Positions 21,272-33,700 of a stretch of DNA of 64,000 bases are shown piece after piece. The notes below the pieces were generated by a model. The model saw only the letters and a program-made list of their open reading frames with translations. It searched no databases and was not told where the DNA came from. How positions within the stretch are numbered: the first letter of the stretch is position 1; the number at the start of each line of letters is the position of its first letter. Source of the DNA: Mobula hypostoma (Eukaryota); NCBI RefSeq assembly GCF_963921235.1, contig NC_086101.1, forward strand, positions 10,418,001 through 10,482,000. Reading direction: 5' to 3'. A program made the translations under genes and the position numbers.

Positions 21272-23860
21272 GACCATTAGACCATAAGATATAGGAGCAG
21301 AATTCGGCCATTTGGCCCAATGAGTCTGCTCTGCTATTTCATCATGGCTGATCCAATTTTCCTCTTGGTCCCAATCTCCTGCCTTCTCCCTTCATGCCTG
21401 ACCAATCAAGAGTCTATCAATGTCTGCCCTAAATACACATAAAGACTTGCCGTCCACAACTGCCTGTGGCAAAGAATTCCACACATTCACCACTCACTGG
21501 CTCAGAAAATTCCTCCACATCACTGTTCTAAAAGGACACCTCTCTATACTGAGACTGTGTCCTCTGGTCTTAGACACTCCCAATATAGGAAGCATCCTCT
21601 CCATATCCACTCTATCAAGCCTTTCACCATTCGATTGGTTTCATTGAGGTCACCCCTCATTCTTCTGAATTCTAGTGAATACAGGCACTGAACCATCAAA
21701 CGCTCTTCGTATGACAAGCTATTCAATCCTGGAATTATTTTCGTGAAACTCTTTTGAACCCTCTGCAGTATCAGCACATCCTTTCTAAGAATGAGGGCCC
21801 AAAACAGCTCACAATACTCCACATGAGGTCTGATCACTGCTTTATAAAGTCTGAACATCATATTCTTGCTTTTATATTCCTGTCCTCTTGAAAAAGCACA
21901 TTGCATTTGACTTCCTCACCACAGACTCAACCTGCAAATTAACCTTTAGGGAATCCTGCACGAAAACTCCCTAGTCCCATTGTGTCTCAGTTTTTTTTTT
22001 GTATTTTCTCTCCATTTAGAAAATAGTCAACCCTTTCATTTATTCTACCAAATGAATGACCATACACTGCTCGGCACTGTACTCCATCTGCCATTTTTTT
22101 GCCCATTCTCCTAATCTGTCAGTGTTTCTGTAGCCACTCTACTTTCTCAAAACTACCCACCCCTCTACCTATCTTCATATCATCTGCAAACTTTGCAACA
22201 GAGCCATCATTTCCATCATCAAAATCATTGGCATATAATGTAAAAAGAATCAGTCCCAACACAGACCTCTGTGGAACACCACTAGTCACCACCAGACAAC
22301 CAGAAAAGACCCCCTTTCTTCCCACTCTTTGCCTCCTGCCAGTCAGCCACTCCTTTATCCATATTAGAATCTTTCTTGTAATAACATGGGCTCATAGCTT
22401 GTTAAGCACCTCATGTGTGGCACCCTGTCAAAGGCCTTCTGAAAATCCAAGTACACAACCTCAACTAATTCTCCATTTTCTATACAGCTTGTTTATTCAA
22501 AGAATTCCAACAGATTTATGAGGAAAGATTTTCCCTTGAGAAAATCATGCCGACTATGGCCTATTATATCATTTGCCTCAAAGTACCTGAGATCTCATCC
22601 TTAAAAATCAACCATAATCTTCCCAACCACTGCGGTCAGACTACCTGGCCTATAGTTTCCTTTCTTCTGCCTCTCTCCCTTCTTAAGGGTGGAGTAACAT
22701 TTGCAATTTTCCAGTCTTCTGGACCCATTGTAGAATCTAGTGATTCTTGAAATATCATTATTAATGCCTCCATGATCTCTTCAGCCACCCCTTTCAGATC
22801 TCCAAGGTATACACTATCTGGTCCAGTGACTTATCTACCTTCAGTCCTTTCAGTTTCCCAAGAACTTTCTCTCCTGTTATGGTAACTTCACCCACATGAC
22901 CCCTGACACCTGGAACTTCCACCATACTGCTAGAGTCTTCCACAGTGAAGACTGATGCAAAATACTTCTTCAGTTCATCTGCCATTTTGTTGTCCCCCAT
23001 GACGACCTCTCTGGCATCATTTTTGAGTGGTCCGATATCCACACTTGCCTCTCTTTTACACTTTATATATCTGAAGAAACTTTTGATATCCACTTTAATA
23101 TTATTGGCTTGCTCACTGTTGTATTCCATCTTTCCCTTCTTAGTGACTTTCTTAGTTGCCTTCTGTTGGTTTTTAGAAGCTTCTCAATCTTTTGATTTCC
23201 CAGTAACTTTTGCTCTATTATATGCTCTCTCTTTGGCTTTTATGTTGGCTTTGACTTCTCATGTTAGCCACAGTTGTGTCATCTTTCCTTTAGAAAACCT
23301 CTTTCTCTTTGGGATGTACATATCCCGTGCCTAAGAATTGCTTCCAGAAATTACAGGCATTGCTGACTACTGTCATCCCTGCCAGTGTTCTTTTCCAATC
23401 AATGCTGGCCAACTCCTCTTTCATGCCTCTGTAATTCCCTTTACTCCACTGTAATACTGATACATCTGACTTGAGTTTTTCCTTCTCAAATTTCAGTGAT
23501 CAACCCCTAAGGGTTCTTTTACCTTAAGCTCTCCAATCAACTCTGGTTCATTGCACGACACCCAATCCAGAATATCTGATTCTCATTTGAGCTCAACGAG
23601 CTACTCTGAAAAGCTATTTCATAGGCTTTCTAGAAATTCCTCCTGCAGGAATCCAGCACAAGCCTGATTTTCTCAACCTACCTGCATATTGAAGTCCCAC
23701 ATGACTATTGTAATATTGCCCTTTTGACATGCATTTTCTTTCTCCCACTGTAATTTGTAGGCCATATCCTTACTACTGTTTTGGGGTCTGTATACAACTC
23801 CCATCAGTGTCTTTTTACCCTTGCAGTTCCTCAGCTTTGTCCATGATGATTCAACACCTT
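21272..23860 (-). mobile_element. Decayed CR1 LINE, most of ORF2
   Basis: Antisense 3' tail gaccattagaccataagatatagg...; VIRPHVEYCELFW; VTSGVPQRSVLGLILF...KFADDMKIG; NIKVDIKSFFRYIK; GVVYRPQNS...IVMWDFN. Confidence 0.92.
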
Positions 23861-24321
23861 CCTCTGTGACGCTATATAGCCTGTGATGTTGCTGCAAGTG
23901 TGTGATTTCTTTCAGCTGGTGCCTTCATGGACGTACATATGACAATAAACAATTTGAAGAGACAATTTGTCAGGCACATGGACAAGGAAGGTTGAGAAGG
24001 ATCTGGGCTAAACACTGGCAAATGGGACTAGTTTGGATGGAGCATGTTGGTCATCATGGACCAGTTGGGCTGATGGACCTGTTTCTGTGCTGTATATCTC
24101 TACAATTAAACATCAGTGACAGTGATGAAGTCTCAGAGCCTCCATTATAACAGTCCATTGCAGCCATTTCTGGTTCTTCCAGTGAACACCTATTGACATT
24201 ACAGGAGGAGGCTGCTTGGGCAGTTGTGGACTTTCCACCTCATGGAGTTTTACTGAACTAATTCCGCTGGGGTGCATTGCAGATTTTTTCATTGTCTCAT
24301 TCACTGATCTTTATTCTACAG

Positions 24322-24441
24322 ATGATCTCTTCCTTGCTGTTCCTGAATGGGTCCTGCCACTGGTCGTCACCATTTGTGTTGTAATTGCTGCAAACTCCAC
24401 TGTGATTTATTGGAATGTGAAACAAAACAGACGCATAAAAG
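24322..24441 (+). CDS. Butyrophilin-like gene, transmembrane exon (120 nt, phase 1/1)
   Basis: Acceptor TTATTCTACAG (AG 24320-24321); donor G|GTACGT at 24442. Spliced to the IgC exon it reads ...IIT-IS-DDLFLAVPEW-VLPLVVTICVVIAANSTVIYW-NVKQNRRIK. This resembles the BTN 'I.D.FF....PW' juxtamembrane motif followed by a hydrophobic helix and a basic stop-transfer segment. Confidence 0.85.
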
Positions 24442-25301
24442 GTACGTTTCTGCAATATTGCGAAGTACTGGGCTGGAAATCCAGTGGAAATCTCCCAGTT
24501 TCCCTCTGAAATTTCCATGAAAGCCAGAGCATTTGCTGGAGAAATCATGTAAAATCCATATTTCCCAGCAGGCTCTGACATTCCAGCAGTGAACGTTGTC
24601 TCTGGAAAGAATACTTGTAGCCATAGAGATGGGAAGTAAGGAAGAAAACTGCCCGATGTTGCATCTCCTGTGTCTGCATGATGAAGTGCCAGGAGGTTCA
24701 ACTGGTCACTGATTCACTTGTACTTCCTGTAACTTGGTTCCCGATATTTAGGTTCCTCTTCAGTGGTGAGACTGGGCACAGTTTGTATGATAACTGTTTA
24801 ACAGCACAAACAAAATTTTAAAATATGCATTTTCATTGCATATCGTATCCCTGTGAGCTCTCCACTCACAGTGTCCTATAATGGTCTAAAGAGGCTGACC
24901 AGGGGCTGAAGAACAGAACGTCATCTTTTTAGTAGGAAAGCACAAAAGTGCTGGAGAAACTCAGCATCTGTGGAAAGAAATAAACAGTCAACGTCTCAGA
25001 CCAAGACCCTTGAATGGAAAGGAAGGGCAAAGAAGCCAGCAAGAACATGGGTGGAGGGGAAGGAGTACAATCCAGAGGCTGGTAGGTGAAGGCAGGTGAG
25101 GGAAAAGATTGGTGGATGAGGGAGAGAATTGAATTGTGAAGATGGGAGATGATGGACTGAAAAAGTAGTTCTGAAGCAGAAGGAATCTTAATTGGAGAGG
25201 AGAATGGATCAGGGGAGAGTGAGAAGAAGGAGGGAGCTGATAGGCAAGGGAGGAGAAGCAGTAAGAGGGAAGTCAGAATGGGGAATGGAAAAAGAGAAGA
25301 G

Positions 25302-25880
25302 AACCTAACAAATTAACTGTGCTCTTTGGAATAATTCCTCAAAATATCCACTATATCTCTTTGTCTGACAAGCATGTTATTGCATTTGTTGCATTGATAG
25401 CCAGGAGGGCCATTTTGTTGAAGTGGAAGGATACATCAGCTCCCATTTTGTCACAATGGTTCTCTCAAGTGATGCTATGTCTTAGTTTGGAGAAAATTAG
25501 AAGTCGAACTTTTGAACCTATGTTTGATTTTGAGAAAAGATGGGGTTCATTTACTTGCTACTATCACTTGAGTTAATTGATAGATTTCCTCCACAATCTA
25601 ATTGTAAATTTTTGGTACTTTTTTTCTCTTGCTAGCGGTTTGATGTTTATCTTTAGAAGCTTTTTGTATGATGCATGGCTCCGGGGTTGAACACCTAATG
25701 TCTTTTTTTGTCAGTTTTCCTTGCTCAGTAGGTTTTTTTTTCTTTTGTTTTTGTCACCAATTTTTTCTCAATCTTTAAAAGAATGTTTTTTCTCTTGAGA
25801 CATTGTAAGTGTTGCCTACTTTGATGTACTCTTGTTAATTTTGGAGAATAATAATAAAGAAGATTTGGAAAGAAAGGAAG
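25302..25880 (+). mobile_element. L1 3' fragment (ORF2 C-terminus + 3' UTR)
   Basis: LFGIIP...IARRAILLKWKD...W..QVM.CL.LEKIR...FEKRWGSF*; T-rich UTR; AATAAA near 25853; putative 10-bp TSD AAGAGAAGAG (25292-25301, 25881-25890). Confidence 0.85.
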
Positions 25881-25939
25881 AAGAGAAGAGGGAAGGCATC
25901 AGAGGGAGGTGATAGGCATGTTAGGGGAGAAGCACTGTA

Positions 25940-27757
25940 AGGATGCCATACAGCCCTCATTGCTGGGGGAAAGCTCCATTCAATGCAGCTTGGCACTTCC
26001 ATTGTATCCTGGACAATGGACTACCTGACTGGCAGACCGCAGTTTGTGTGGCTTCACAGATGTGTGTCAGACATGGCTATAAGCAGCACTGGGGCCCCAC
26101 AGGCAACGGTATTGGCTCCCTTCCTGTTTACCCTGTATACCTCAGACTTTAGATACAACACTGAGTTATGTTATCTGTAGAAAATTATCTGATAACTTAG
26201 CAATAGTGTATAAAGGGAGGTTGGGAGGTTGGGAGGATGAATACAGGACCCTGGTGGAGGACTTCTGGCATGGGTCTGGAGGACTGGAATTTGCAGATGT
26301 CACTCCACTCTTCAAGAAGGGAGGAAGGCAAAAGAAAGGAAATTATAGGCCAGTTAGCCTAACCTCATGGTTGCTAAACTGTTGAAATCTGTTAAGGATG
26401 AGGTTATGGGGTACTTGTAGACTAATGATAAAATATGTCAAAGTCAGCATGGTTTCTGTAATGGGAAATCTTGCCTGACCAATCTGTTAGAGTTCTTTGA
26501 GGAAGTAACAAGTCGTGTGGACAAAGGAGAGGCAGTGGATGTGATTTACTTGGATTTTCAGAAGGCATTTGATAAGGTGCCACACAAGGCTGCATAGCAA
26601 ATAAAATCCTGTGGATTTTACAGGAATTATACTGGCATGGATAGAGGAATTGGTGGAAGGCAGGAGGCAGTGAGTGGGAATGAAAGGGGCTTTTTCTGGT
26701 TGGCTGCCAGTGACTAGTGGTATTCATCAGGGGTCGGTTTCCTGTGGTGGAGATATCCAGAACTAGAGGGCACAGCCTCAAAATTGAGGGGTGACCTTTT
26801 AGAACAGAGGTAAGGAGGAATTTTTTTTTTTAGCCAGAGAGTAGTGAATCTGTGGAATGCTCTGCCACAGACTGTGGTGGAGGCCAAGTCCATGGGTATA
26901 TTTAAAGCAGAAGGTGATCATTTCCTGATTGGTCAGGGCATCAAAGGATTTGGGGAGTAGCAGGTGCATGGGGTTGAGTGGGATCCGTGATCAGCCATCC
27001 TGGATGGTGCAGCAGACTCGATGGGCTGAATGGCCTAATCTGCTCATCTGTCTTCTGGTATTGGACTTTGTCAAATGGTGCAAGCTGAATCATCTTCAGC
27101 TCAACATCAGTAAGGCAAAGGAGATGGTGATAGACTGATCCTGCACTGCTCCCTGTTACTATTGATGGTGAGGACGTGGATGTGGTGAGGACCTACAAGT
27201 ACCTGGGGGTGCATCTGGATGACAGACTTTAGTGGAGCACCAACACTGAAGCTGTGTACAAGAAGGCCCAGAGATGCCTCTCCTTCCTGAGGAAACTGAA
27301 GTCATTTCGAGTCTGCAGGCCTATCTTTCACATGTTCTACCAGCCTGTTGTCACCAGTACAATCTTCAATGTGGTGGTGTGCTGGGGCAATGGCATCGGC
27401 ACTGGTGATGCCAACAGGCTCAATAAACCGATTAGAAAGGCTGGCTCTGTAAAAGGAGTCAAACTGTACACACTGGAGGCTATAAAAAGGACCCGACAGA
27501 AAATATGGGCAATGTTTCTCATCCTCTGCATGCCACCTTGACTGAACAGAGGAACACTTTTAGTAATACACTAAGACAACTGCGCTGGTCTAAAAATGGC
27601 TACATGGGGTCATTCTTACCCTCAGCCATCAGGCTCGATAATGAGTCAAACTCTAGCCGGGAAAGTGATGACCCCCTTCTGTTAGACGGTTTGAGGTAAC
27701 ATTTTTTATTCTAATATCTGTAATTTCCTTTGGAATCAGTAAATTATCTGTCTATCT
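25940..27757 (+). mobile_element. Rex1/Babar LINE (second subfamily), split by CR1
   Basis: SWTMDYLTGRPQFV...TGAPQATVLAPFLFTLYTSDF; FVKWCKLNHLQLNISKAKEMVID; YKKAQRCLSFLRKLKSF; tail aaattatctgtctatcta. Confidence 0.87.
26265..27062 (+). mobile_element. CR1 fragment with internal deletion, inserted in Rex1
   Basis: [42 protein letters not shown], then a jump to the 3' end. 6-bp TSD GGACTT (26259-26264, 27063-27068). Confidence 0.88.
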
Positions 27758-28498
27758 AGAAGGGGTCAGAAGGGGGAAGAGAAACAATAGTGGAGGGAGG
27801 GCATCAGAGGGAGGTGATAGGCAGGTTAGGAGAAGAGGTGGGTAAGGAGGGAGTCAGAATGGGAAATGGAAACAGAGAGAAGTTGGGTGGGGGGAGAAGT
27901 TGATATTCATGCCATCAGGTTGGAAACTAATATCGGGTGTTGCTTCTCCAACATGAGAGTGGCCTCATTGTGCCAGGAGAGGAGGCTCAATATGTCGGAA
28001 TGGGAATGGGGATCAGTATAAAATGGTTGGCCACTGGGAAATCCTGCTTGATGCAGGTGGAGTGATGGTGTCGACAAGACAGTCCCCCGGTCTACATCGG
28101 GTCTCACAAATGTAGAAGAGGTCACTGTGAGCACCAGAGACAGCTAGTAGCTCACAGCATTTCAAATTCAACACTGAGTGTAACCACTTCAAACCATGAT
28201 CACAGTGTTCATGTTTTCTTAAAGCAACTGCTGGTAATGGTTTATGTGTCGTCATTTAATCCTTGAGCCTACCATAGACCCATGGTGTATTTCCTCACTT
28301 GGCTCTTCTGTCTGACATCTGACACCACTTCAGCATTTTTTTTGCCTCTGATGGGAGACAGTCAACCATGAGTTTGATGATCCTCTCCGCAGCTGCCTGA
28401 CCCTCTGAGTGTTCCCCATTCTTTCAGATCTCCAGCTTCCGAAGCGAAATCATTGTCCTGAAAACTTGTTCTAATATACCACTGGTCTGTCTTTTCAG

Positions 28499-28531
28499 AG
28501 CTGGAACTTCAGAAATTCATCGTAGAATCTG
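28499..28531 (+). CDS. Butyrophilin-like gene, cytoplasmic heptad/coiled-coil microexon (33 nt, phase 1/1)
   Basis: Branch-like CTAAT, then GTCTGTCTTTTCAG acceptor (AG 28497-28498), and a strong donor G|GTAAGA at 28532. It stays in frame after the TM exon, giving (E)LELQKFIVES. BTN genes typically have short heptad exons after the TM exon. Confidence 0.72.
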
Positions 28532-29201
28532 GTAAGAGTTCAATATTGAAATATTCAGAAACTACAAGAATTAGCCATTTTATTTAATAAAATCAATATT
28601 TTCTTCTGTTGGGATGAATTATTTAAATCCTTCATGACATAGCTCTGTTTAGAGATTTATAAATTAAGAATAATAAACAAATTCCCTGTAGTTTACAAGC
28701 AAGGCTCCTTAAAATAATAAAAGAGACTTCAAATTTGGAGTGAGCAATCTTCTCTGGGCGCAGCGGGTTAAACATAATCTGTCGGGGGGAGAGAAGGTTG
28801 GTGAAGAAAGGTATTTTTCATAGAGTAAAGCTGCATTAAGACTGTATGTTTTCATTTGAAAACCTGCATAAAGATGATGCAGGAAATGTCAAAATTTCAC
28901 TTCACTCCCCCAAAATGCACGCCCCCCCGCCCACAAGATGCTGGTCACTGATTTCTTCCACCCGTTGCTTGTTGTGTGAACTAATCCTTGTCATGTGAAT
29001 GAAATGCTGTGGGTGGAATTTTCCAAACCCTTGTGCTTTGGGTGCTTCACCCCAACCTCGAGAACATGGTGGCAGCTTCCTAGAACTGGGTTTGTATTTC
29101 TGCACTGAACATCAATCACCACTCTGACGCAGGCTGGAATATTATGTTGCTGCACCCGTGTTCTGCAGCCCGACAGGTCCGAATAATACATCTCACACAA
29201 A

Positions 29202-30710
29202 CTCACCTCCCCCACACCCCCTCACTTTCCCCCACACCCCCTAACATTCCCCCACTACACCTTCACCTCCCACACACCCCCGACCTCCCCCACACCCCCT
29301 CACCTTCCCCCACACCACCGACCTCCCGCACACCCCGACCTCCCCCACACCCCTCACCTCCGCCCACACCACCGACCTCCCCCACACCCCCTCACCTTCC
29401 CCCACACCACCGACCTCCCGCACACCCCGACCTCCCCCACACCCCCTCACCTTCCCCCACACCACCGACCTCCCCCACAGCCCCTCACCTTCCCCCACAC
29501 CACCGACCTCCCCCACAGCTCCTCACCTTCCCCAAACCCCCTCACCTTCCCCCACAACCCCTCACCTTCCCCCACACCCCTTCACCTTCCCCCACAACCT
29601 CTCACCTTCCCCCACATCCCCTCACCTTCCCCCACACCCCCTCACCTTCCCCCACAACCTCTCACCTTCCCCCACATCCCCTCACCTTCCCCCACACCCC
29701 CTCACCTTCCCCCACAACCTCTCACCTTCCCCCACATCCCCTCACCTTCCCCCACACTCCCTCACCTTCCCCCACACTCCCTCAGCTTCCCCCACACTCC
29801 CTCACCTTCCCCCACAACCTCTCACCTTCCCCCACATCCCCTCACCTTCCCCCACACCACCGACCTCCCGCACACCCCCGACCTCCCCCACACTCCCTCA
29901 CCTTCCCCCACACCCCCTCAGCTTCCCGACCTCCCCCACACTCCCTCACCTTCCCCCACACCCCCTCACCTTCCCCCACACCTCCGACCTCCCCCACACC
30001 CCCTCACCTTCCCCCACACCCCTGACCTCCCCCAAACCCACTCACCTTCCCCCACACCCCCGACCTCCCCCAAACTCCCTCACCTTCCCCCACACCTCCG
30101 ACCTCCCCCACACCCCCTCACCTTCCCCCACACCCCCTCACCTTCCCCACACCCCTTCACCTTCCCCACACCCCCTCACCTTCCCCCACACCCCCGACAT
30201 CCCCCAAACCCCCTCACCTTCCCCCACACCCCCGACCTCCCCCAAACCCCCTCACCTTCCCCCACACCCCCTCACCTTCCCCACACCTCCGACCTCCCCC
30301 ACACCCCCTCACCTTCCCCACACCTCCGACCTCCCCCACACCCCCTCACCTTCCCCACACCTCCAACCTCCCCCACACCCCCTCACCTTCCCCCACAACC
30401 CCTCACCTTCCCCCACATCCCCTCACCTTCCCCCACACCCCCTCAGCTTCCCAAACACCCCAACCTCCCCCACCTTCCCTCACCTTCCCCCACAACCCCT
30501 CAGCTTCCCAAACACCCCCAACCTCCCCCACCTTCCCTCACCTTCCCCCACAACCCCTCAGCTTCCCAAACACCCCCGACCTCCCACACACCCCCTCACC
30601 TTTCCCCACACCCCGAACTCCCCCACACCCCCTCACCTTCCCCCACACCCCCGAACTCCCCCACACCCCTCACCTTCCCCCACACCCCCGACCTCCCCCA
30701 CACCCCTCAC
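29202..30710. repeat. Satellite domain A: (CCCCCTCACCTTCCCCCACA)n 20-mer with 18-mer variant CCCCGACCTCCCCCACAC
   Basis: An exact 20-bp register is visible at 29521-29840; boundaries are approximate. Confidence 0.95.
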
Positions 30711-33700
30711 CTCCTCCACTCCCCTTCACCTCCCCCACTCTACCTCACCTCCTCCACTCCCCTTCACCTCCCCCACTCTACCTCACCTCCCCCACTCCTC
30801 CTCACCTCCCCCACTTCCCCTCACCTCCCCCACTCACCTTCACCTCACATACACACCCTCACCTCCCCCACTCCCCCTCACCTCCCCAACTCCCCTTCAC
30901 CACCCCCACTCCCCCTCATCTCCCCCACACCTCCCCCAGTCCCCCTCACCTCCCCCACACCCCCTCACCTCCACCACTCCCCCTCACCTTCCAAACTCCC
31001 CCACTCCCTCCCACCTCCCCCACTCCCCCTCACCTCCCATATACACCCTCAACTCCTCCACTCCCCCTCACCTACCCCACTCCCATCACCTCCCCGACAG
31101 CCCCTCACCTCCCCCACTCCCCTTCACCTCCCATACACCCCCCATCTCCCCCACTCCCCTTCACCTCCCCACTCTACCTCACCTCCCCCACTCACCTTCA
31201 CCTCACATACACACCCTCACCTCCCCCAGTCCCCCTCACCTCCCCCACTCTACCTCACCTCCCCCACTCCCCTTCACCTCACATACACACCCTCACCTCC
31301 CCCACTCCCCCTCACCACCCCCACTCCCCCTCATCTCCCCCACACCTCCCCCAGTCCCCCTCACCTCCCCTACTCCCCCTCACCTCCCCCACTCCCCCTC
31401 ACCTCCCAAACTCCCCCACTCCCTCCCACCTCCCCCACTCCCCCTCACCTCCCATATACACCCTCAACTCCACTCCCCCTCGCCTACCCCACTCCCCTTC
31501 ACCTTCCCCACACCCCCTCACCTCCCCCACTCCCCTTCACCTCCCATACACCCCCTCACCCACTCACCCTCACCTCACATCCAGCCCCTCACCTCCCCAA
31601 CTCGCCCTCAGCTCCCATACACCCCCTCCCCCACTCCCCCTCACCTCCCATACACCCCTCACCCACTCACCCTCACCTCACATCCAGCCCCTCACCTCCC
31701 CCACTCGCCCTCAGCTCCCATACACCCCCTCCCCTCCCCCACACCCCCTCACCTCCCCCACTCACCTTCACCTCCCCCACTGCCCCTCACCTCCCCCACT
31801 CCCCATCAACTCCCTCCACTCCACCTCACCTCCCTCCATACCACCTCACATCCCCCACTCACCCTCACCTCCCCCACTCCCCTCCACCTCACATACACCC
31901 CGTCTCCTCCCCACTCCCCCACACCTCCCCCACTTCCCCTCACCTCCCATACACCCTCTCAACTCCCCCACTCCCCCTCACCTCCCCCACTTCCCGTCAC
32001 CTACCATACACCCCCTCAACTCCCCCACTCCCCCTCACCTCCCCCACTCTCCCTCACCTCCCCCACTCTCCCTCACCTCCCACACTCACCCTCACCTGCA
32101 ACCCTTCCCCCTCACCTCCAGCACTCCCCACTCACCTCCAACACTCCCACTCACCTCGCCTCTCTCACCTCTCTCACTTCCCCTCACCTCTTTTACTTCC
32201 ACTCACCTCCCTCACTCTCCCTCTCCTCCCTCATTCCCCTCACCTCCCCACTCTCCCCTCAATTAACCTCACCTCCCTCACTCCCCGTCACCTCCCTCAC
32301 TGCCCATCACCTCCAACACTCCACCTCACTCTCCCTCTCCTCCCTCATTCCCCTCACCTCACTCACATCCCCGTCAATTCCCCCACTCCACCTCACCTCC
32401 CCACTCTCCCCTCACTTAACCTCACCTCCCTCACTCCCCCTCACCTCCCTCACTGCCCCCTTACTCTCCCCTCACTTCCAATACTCTCCCTCACCTCCCA
32501 CACTCCCCCTCACATCCCACACTCCCCTTCATCTCCCCTCAATTCCCCTCACCTCCCACTCACCCACACCTCCTACACTCCCCCATCACTTCACACACTC
32601 CCCCTCACCTACAACACTCCCCCTCACCTCCAACACTCCCCCTCACCTCCAACACTCCCCCTCACCTCCAACACTCCACCTCACCTCCAACACTCCCCCT
32701 CACCTCCAACACTGCACCTCACCTCCCACACTGCACCTCACCTCCCACACTCCCCCTTACCTCCCTCACTCACCCTCACCTCCCTCACTCACCCTCACCT
32801 CCCATACTCCCCCTCACCTCGCACACTCCCCCCTCACTTCCCAAAACATCCCTCACCTCCCCTCACCTCTTTCATTTCTCCTCACCTCCCTCACTTCCCC
32901 TCACATCCCACTCTTCCCTGCTCCTCCCTCACTTCCTCTCTCCTCCCTCCCTACACATCTCCTCCCATTCACCCTCACCTCCCACACTCCCCCTCACCTC
33001 CCACACTCTCCCTCACCTCACTCACATCCCCGTCAATTCCCCCACTCCACCTCACCTCCCCACTCTCCTCTCACTTAACCTCACCTCCCTCACTCCCCCT
33101 CACCTCCCTCACTCCCCCTCACCTCCCTCACTCTCCCTCACCTCCCTCACTTCCCCCTTACTCCCCCTCACCTCCAATACTCTCCCTCACCTCCCACACT
33201 CTCCCTCACATCTCACACTCCCCCTCATCTCCCCTCAATTCCTCTCAGCTCCCTCTGAACCTCATCTCCCGCACTCCCCCTCACCTCCAGCACTCCCTCT
33301 CACCTCCCACACTCCCTCCTCACCTCCCACACTCCCTCTCACCTCCCACACTCCCACTCACCTCCCACACTCCCCCCTCACCTCCCACTCTCCCCCTCAC
33401 CTCTAACACTCCCCACTCACCTCCAACACTCCCACTCACCTCCAACACTCCCCCTCGCCTCTCTCACTTCCCCTCGCCTCTCTCACTTTCCCTCACCTCC
33501 TTCACTCACCCTCTCCTCTCTCATTCCCCTCACCTCCCACACTCCCCCTCACCTCACTCACATCCCCGTCAATTCCCCCACTCCACCTCACCTCCCCACT
33601 CTCCCCTCACTTAACCTCACCTCCTTCACTCCCCCTCACCTCCCTCACTGCCCCCTCACCTCCCTCACTCCCCATCACATCCAACACTCTCCCTCACCTC

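Larger units (their letters stand above)
24940..28150 (-). mobile_element. Decayed Penelope-like element (GIY-YIG fragment ~27900-28150; purine-rich 3' region 24940-25301, 25881-25935, 27760-27900), interrupted by L1, Rex1 and CR1
   Basis: Antisense LFYICETRCRPGD (cf. YIGET.RRL.DR), HSHSDI...HNEATLMLEKQH, ...DGMNI. The terminal-repeat-like segment cacaaaagtgctggagaaactcagcatc is at 24941. Confidence 0.7.

Noticed and set aside
24985..25016. Penelope-associated minimal hammerhead ribozyme
   Set aside because: On the minus strand the site reads ...TTCAAGGGTCTTGGTCTGAGACGTTGAC; the CUGANGA core is missing and GAAA is GAGA, so at most a dead remnant. Similar remnants near 9060-9110 and 28380-28440 are too decayed to call.
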